A DNA stretch of 64,000 nucleotides, from the NCBI GenBank assembly GCA_937959265.1, contig CALGMA010000027.1:9474-73473 (forward strand). Direction: 5' to 3'. The notes below the pieces were generated by a model. It was not told where the DNA came from and did not search any database. It saw nothing but the letters and a program-made list of their open reading frames with translations. This document shows, piece after piece, positions 59,144 through 64,000 of the stretch. A program made the translations under genes and the position numbers. Every line of letters begins with the position of its first letter. Positions within the stretch are counted from its first letter, which is position 1. The DNA comes from an uncultured Anaerolineae bacterium. GTDB lineage: Bacteria > Chloroflexota > Anaerolineae > J036 > Brachytrichaceae.

Positions 59144-61069
59144 TCACGACAGCGCCTCGAATTCCGCCCAGGCTTCCGCCAGCTCGCGTTCGGCTTGGCG
59201 GTAGGCCTCGCCCAGCGCTTGGGCGCGCGCGAAGTCGCCGCCGGCTTGTTGCATCTCGCCGGCGAGCACATCGAGGCGCGCTTCGAGCGCTTGGATGCGC
59301 TGCTCGACGGCGAGCAGCCGGGCCTGGCGTTGCTGCTGGGCATTCTTCGACATCGCCGGAGGCGTCGCCGCGCGCGGCGCGTGTCCTGCGCCGTTCGTCT
59401 TCTCGTCAGGCGGCGGCGTCGAGGCTTGTGCGTCGCGCGCCTCGCGCCACTCATCGTAAGGCCCTTTGAAAACGCTCATGCGCACCTTGCCATCGGCACC
59501 TCGCTCGAGAATCCACAACTGCGTCGCCAAGGCGGTGATGAGGTAACGGTCGTGCGAGACGAAGAGCAACGTGCCGTCGAAGCGTTGCAAGGCTTCGGTC
59601 AACACTTCTTGCGCGGGAATGTCGAGATGATTGGTCGGCTCATCGAGCAACAGGAAGTTCGCGCCCTGCAAGGCGAGCTTGGCCAGCGCCACGCGCCCGC
59701 GTTCGCCGCCGCTGAGCGCGGCAATCGGTTTGAAGTGATCATCGCCGCTGAACAGAAACCGCCCTAGGATGTCGCGCGCCTCGCTCAATTTCAAGTCGAG
59801 TCGCGCCGCCATCAACTCCTGCAGCACAGTGTGGTCAGGATTCAGCCCCTCGCCGGCCTGCGCGAAATAGCCGATGCGCACACCGGCGCCGATCTGCGCG
59901 GCGCCGGCCAACGGCGGCAGCTCACCGGTGATCGTCTTAAGAAAAGAGGTCTTGCCGGCGCCGTTGGGGCCGATCAGGGCAGCGCGCTCGCCGCGCATCA
60001 ACAGCAGGTCGGGCGCGGTGAACAGCGCGTAAGATGAAGCGCGGTAGCCCACGGTCAACGCGCGCGTCTCCAGCACCCGGTCGCCGCTGCGCCCGCTGCT
60101 CTGCAAGCGCAACGCGAGCGCCCGCTGCTGCGCGGGTTTCTCCAGCCGTTCAAGGCGATTCAATCGGCGCAGCCGGCCTTTTGCTTGCGCCGTGTTTTGG
60201 CCGGCGATGTTGCGCCGGATGTATTCCTCTTGCCGCTCGATGAACGCGCGCTGTGCTTCATACTCGGCGAGGGCGCGTTCGCGCCGTTCGGCGCGCTGCT
60301 GCGCATATTCGGTGTAGCCGCCGCGATAGAACGCCAGATAAGCCTGCCCATCCGCGCGCTTGCCCATCTCCCACACGCGGTCGCACACTTCGTCGAGGAA
60401 GTATCGGTCATGCGAAACGACGATCAGCGCGCCTTCCCACTCCTGCAAGTAGCCTTCCAGCCACTCCACGCCTTGCCGGTCAAGGTGATTGGTCGGCTCA
60501 TCGAGCAGCAGCACGTCGGGCGCCTGCAGGAGCAGGCGCGCCAGATTAGCGCGCACGCGCTGCCCGCCGCTCAACGCCGCGATTGGCTTGTGCCAGTCCG
60601 CTTCGGCAAAGCCAAGGCCCAGCAGCACGCGCTTGATCTTCGACTCGACTTCATAGCCCCCCTTCAGCTCGAACGCTTGCTGCAACGCGCCGTAGGTCTC
60701 CAGCAGTCGCGCTGACTGAGCGCCCGACCCATCCGCCTGGGCCAGCGCGTGCTCGATCTGGGCTAGGCGCATGTGCAGGGTGCTCAACTCGGCGAAGGCG
60801 GACTGAGCTAATTGCCATACGGTGCGCGCATCGGACTCCTCAGCCGACTGCGCCAGATAGCCGCGTGTGATGCCGCGCGCGACATGCACCCGTCCGCCGG
60901 CATCGGATTCATCTTCGCCGGCAATGATGCGCAGCAGCGTGGTTTTGCCGCAACCGTTCGGGCCGACCAGCGCAATCTTGTCGCCGCGCGCGACGCTAAA
61001 GCTCAAGCCGCTGAACACGTCGAACGCGCCGAACGACTTGCTCACGTTCACGCCGCTGAGGATGGACAT
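59144..61069 (-). CDS. ABC-F family ATPase
   Basis: Two ABC domains (GPNGCGKT/LSGGQ/LDEPTNHLD; GPNGAGKT/LSGGE/LDEPTNHLD), no TM, coiled-coil tail. Confidence 0.93.
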   Translation of the reverse strand: MSILSGVNVSKSFGAFDVFSGLSFSVARGDKIALVGPNGCGKTTLLRIIAGEDESDAGGRVHVARGITRGYLAQSAEESDARTVWQLAQSAFAELSTLHMRLAQIEHALAQADGSGAQSARLLETYGALQQAFELKGGYEVESKIKRVLLGLGFAEADWHKPIAALSGGQRVRANLARLLLQAPDVLLLDEPTNHLDRQGVEWLEGYLQEWEGALIVVSHDRYFLDEVCDRVWEMGKRADGQAYLAFYRGGYTEYAQQRAERRERALAEYEAQRAFIERQEEYIRRNIAGQNTAQAKGRLRRLNRLERLEKPAQQRALALRLQSSGRSGDRVLETRALTVGYRASSYALFTAPDLLLMRGERAALIGPNGAGKTSFLKTITGELPPLAGAAQIGAGVRIGYFAQAGEGLNPDHTVLQELMAARLDLKLSEARDILGRFLFSGDDHFKPIAALSGGERGRVALAKLALQGANFLLLDEPTNHLDIPAQEVLTEALQRFDGTLLFVSHDRYLITALATQLWILERGADGKVRMSVFKGPYDEWREARDAQASTPPPDEKTNGAGHAPRAATPPAMSKNAQQQRQARLLAVEQRIQALEARLDVLAGEMQQAGGDFARAQALGEAYRQAERELAEAWAEFEALS

Positions 61070-61120
61070 GGCGCAGATTGTAGCGAAAGCAGGCAGGTGG
61101 CTCGAAGCGCAGGCGAAGCT

Positions 61121-61666
61121 TCAAACTTGAACCTGCAGCAGGGCGATCAAGGCATCCGGCTCGTCCACGCTCACCACAATTCGCTCGCCTTGAAAGTCCA
61201 TCAGCACCAGCCGGTCGAGCCGTGTGGCGAACATCTTGAACTCGCCGAGCGTGGGGGACTGAAACGTGCCGTACCAGCCGAACACCCCGCCGACCGACAC
61301 CAGACGAATCGAGGACTGCAGCTCGTGAATCGCGATGCGCCGGACGCCGGTCAGCGCAGCCAGGTGACGCGGCACGCCGCCCCAGCGACGGCGAATGTAA
61401 ACCACGTCGTCGCCGACCTCGACGCCGTTCGGCGACAAGGCAAACAGGAACGCGAAGAAGGCCGCCAGCCCAACGCTGACCGTCGCGAAAAAGAGCGACC
61501 GGCCGGCTTGCGCAGCCGCGCCGGTCAGCGCGATCACGATGGCAACGATCACCAGGACAGCAACGCTGATCCCTCGGGTGCGCGCATCGAACGAGGAGTG
61601 AAATCGCTTCACAGACGCGAGCGAGGATAACGGCGTCGTCGCGTCATTCCCGCGCAAACTCGTCAA
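61121..61666 (-). CDS. Membrane protein with bacterial PH domain
   Basis: Two TMs then IRLVSVGGVFGWYGTF..LG..IVVSVDEP. Confidence 0.75.
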   Translation of the reverse strand: MTSLRGNDATTPLSSLASVKRFHSSFDARTRGISVAVLVIVAIVIALTGAAAQAGRSLFFATVSVGLAAFFAFLFALSPNGVEVGDDVVYIRRRWGGVPRHLAALTGVRRIAIHELQSSIRLVSVGGVFGWYGTFQSPTLGEFKMFATRLDRLVLMDFQGERIVVSVDEPDALIALLQVQV

Positions 61667-63020
61667 TCAGCGCGCCGATGTAGCGCATGCCATCGTAGTA
61701 GTTCTGCAGGATGGCGTTCTCGTTGGGCGAATGGACGCGGCTATCGGGATGGCTGATGCCGGCGCACACCGTCGGCACGCCGCCGATGAAGGACGAGAGC
61801 GAGTACATCGGGCCGCTGCCCGGGCTAAGCAGCACTTTCACGGGCGTCTGGTTGTAAATGCGTTCACAGGCGCGCGTCGCTGCCTGCACGATCGGCGCGT
61901 TCACATCCGACAGCTCAGCGCGATAACCGCCCAGGAATTTAATTTCGATGTCGCTAAAACCATGCTTGTCCAGGTGCTTGCGCAAGAGATCGAGCACGAT
62001 CTCCGGCGTCAGGTGGGGCACCAGCCGAAAGTCCACCTTCGCGCTGGCGACGGCCGGCAGCACGGTCTTGGTGCCCTGCCCCTGCCAGCCGCTGGTCAAG
62101 CCGCAGATTGTGGCGGTGGGTTGGAAGAACAGGCGTTTGACCGCGTCGAAACCGGTGACGCCGGTGACAAATTCGGTGATGCCCCACTTGGCTTTGATCT
62201 CGTCTTCGTCGAAGGGCATTTCGCGCAGGATGGCTTCCTCCGCCGGCGTGAGCGCGCGCACGTGGTCGTAGTAGCCCTCGATCAGGATGCGCTCGCTCGC
62301 ATCCTTGATCGTGTTCAAGGCCCACACCAATCGCCAGGCAGCATTAGGAGCGATCGCCGCATTCGACGAATGCAGGTCATGGCTCACGCCCTTGACATGC
62401 AGCTCGATGTAGCAAATGCCCTTCACGCCCATGGTGAGCAGGAAGCGACCTTGTTCGTCGAAGCCGCCGAACTCCCACAGGCAGCCGTCCATCGGCCAGC
62501 CATCCGGTTTGTGAAGCCAGCCCTGGTATCGCTCAACCCAGGCGTGCAGGTGTGGGCTGCCAACTTCCTCTTCGCCCTCGATCAGCCACTTGATCTTGAA
62601 GGGCAACTTGCCCTGCGTGGCCAGCCAGGCTTCGACGGCGTGAATACGGGTCACCAGTTCGCCTTTGTCATCCGACGCGCCGCGGGCGAAGATCTTGCCG
62701 TCTCGGATGGTCGGCTCAAAGGGCGGCGACTCCCACAGCTCCAACGGCTCGGCAGGCTGCACGTCGTAGTGGTTGTAGATCAGCAGCTCCTTGTCGCCCT
62801 CGCCGAGTTCGGCCCACACGACCGGCGGCGCATCGCCTTCCGTCGGCACGACCTTGACTTCGGCGCCAAGCGCAGCCAAACGCCGCGCGACCAAGGCGGC
62901 CATTTCCGGGATGCCCTGGCCGGTGGCGGCAACGCTGGGTTGGCGCAAGAAGTCCTTGTAATCTTCGAGCAGGCGTTCGCGGTGCTCGCGGAGATAAGCG
63001 TCGAATGATGCAGCATTCAT
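61644..63020 (-). CDS. M20 family metallopeptidase/dipeptidase
   Basis: YNHYDVQP, ARGASDDKG, EGEEEVGS, DLHS, HSPNE. Confidence 0.92.
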   Translation of the reverse strand: MNAASFDAYLREHRERLLEDYKDFLRQPSVAATGQGIPEMAALVARRLAALGAEVKVVPTEGDAPPVVWAELGEGDKELLIYNHYDVQPAEPLELWESPPFEPTIRDGKIFARGASDDKGELVTRIHAVEAWLATQGKLPFKIKWLIEGEEEVGSPHLHAWVERYQGWLHKPDGWPMDGCLWEFGGFDEQGRFLLTMGVKGICYIELHVKGVSHDLHSSNAAIAPNAAWRLVWALNTIKDASERILIEGYYDHVRALTPAEEAILREMPFDEDEIKAKWGITEFVTGVTGFDAVKRLFFQPTATICGLTSGWQGQGTKTVLPAVASAKVDFRLVPHLTPEIVLDLLRKHLDKHGFSDIEIKFLGGYRAELSDVNAPIVQAATRACERIYNQTPVKVLLSPGSGPMYSLSSFIGGVPTVCAGISHPDSRVHSPNENAILQNYYDGMRYIGALIDEFARE

Positions 63021-63124
63021 GTCGGCAATGATAAATGCTGCGCCGGGCCCAGTGTCTATCCGCAAACTCGCGAGAAAAGGCGCGAGCGAACAGGCGAAGG
63101 CGGCGGCGGCGTCCGGCGACGGGC

Positions 63125-63493
63125 TTATAAATCAATGAACAGCTTGCCGTCCTCTTCGGTCACCTGGAAACTCTGAATCGGCGTCGGCTCTTTGCCCAGC
63201 GCAATGATCTGGCGCGACCACGCCGGCAGCTTGACGCCGACCACGCCCTGCACCCAGTCCAGGTTTTTGCCTGTGCACATGTCAAAGCGCGAGTTGTGGA
63301 AGGGGCAGGTGATGGTGCCGTTCTCCACCTTGCCGCCGGCCATCGGCAAGCCCAAGTGTGGGCACTTGTTGATTACGGCGCAATATCCATTCCCGACGCG
63401 CGCCACGACGATGCTCCTCCCTTCCGCGTCGAACGTCTTGAGGCCATTCGCCGGCACGTCGGCCGCGCTCCCGATCATCACACGCTTGCTCAT
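63125..63493 (-). CDS. Rieske [2Fe-2S] ferredoxin
   Basis: CPHLG...CPFHNSRFD. Confidence 0.9.
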   Translation of the reverse strand: MSKRVMIGSAADVPANGLKTFDAEGRSIVVARVGNGYCAVINKCPHLGLPMAGGKVENGTITCPFHNSRFDMCTGKNLDWVQGVVGVKLPAWSRQIIALGKEPTPIQSFQVTEEDGKLFIDL

Positions 63494-63570
63494 CGTTCAC
63501 CTCACACATTCATGTTTCAACGGCAAGCGCTATTGTATGCCGGTCGCAGCGCGGCCACCGCCGCGCGCGG

Positions 63571-64000
63571 TCACGCCGCGCCTGCCTCGGCGACTGCGGC
63601 AAACACAAAACCGAGATACGCGCCAATCAACAGGTGCATGTTGGCGACATACAACTTATCGAACAGGTGATGCGCGGCCAGGTGCGCCCAAGCGCCGAGG
63701 ATGCCGGCGCAGAGCACGGATGAGAATGCGGAGATTCCCCGTCGTCGCGCTGCCTGCCAGGTGACAACGATGACCGTCATCCAGAGTGCAAGGTAAGCGA
63801 GCAGGCCAACAGCGCCCGTCTCGGCGAAGATGTTGAGGTAGTAGTTGTGCGCATGGCCGAGCGCGTTCTCCCAGGGCAGCAAGCGGAACGCCGGATACGC
63901 CGCCGCATAGTTACCGAAGCCCACACCCAGCCACGGGCCGAACTCGATCATGCGCAGCGCAGCCTGCCAATGCGCTAACCGCTCGACCGTCGAGAAGGTG
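63571..64000 (-). CDS. O-antigen ligase/polymerase family protein (5' end outside window)
   Basis: ERLAHWQAA..PWLGVGFGNY..HAHNYYLNIFAETGAVGL. Confidence 0.85.
   Translation of the reverse strand, partial: TFSTVERLAHWQAALRMIEFGPWLGVGFGNYAAAYPAFRLLPWENALGHAHNYYLNIFAETGAVGLLAYLALWMTVIVVTWQAARRRGISAFSSVLCAGILGAWAHLAAHHLFDKLYVANMHLLIGAYLGFVFAAVAEAGAA

Overview
GC-rich, gene-dense, mostly core chromosome of a bacterium. Gene content and style suggest Chloroflexota, probably Anaerolineae-like (inference from the zinc-ribbon-fused TopA, TIGR03663-type GT-C protein, Ycf45-like AAA-R3H protein and heptamer intergenic repeats). It holds one tRNA-Ser(CGA) and about 55 CDSs: nth, topA, kamA, rpsR, rpmG (missed by the ORF track), sbcD, fhs, glpD, rpsU-yqeY-HD-ybeY, tmk, several peptidases and sugar enzymes. 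I saw no intact transposase, integrase, prophage, rRNA or CRISPR array. Best leads: (1) a plant-type 24-aa LRR lipoprotein behind an OmpR-type two-component system whose kinase has no external sensor domain, with six pentamers phased at about 11 bp between kinase and LRR gene; (2) a scar joining a frameshifted rhamnosidase-like 5' fragment to an orphan CRISPR Csx3-like 3' fragment; (3) a C1 cluster of non-pyrrolysine MttB, a degenerate beta-RFAP-synthase-like protein and divergent fhs; (4) a sortase gene co-oriented with two GT-C-fold proteins, one apparently degenerate; (5) a Cys-free S18/L33 pair. All family calls are by-eye motif recognition, not database searches.
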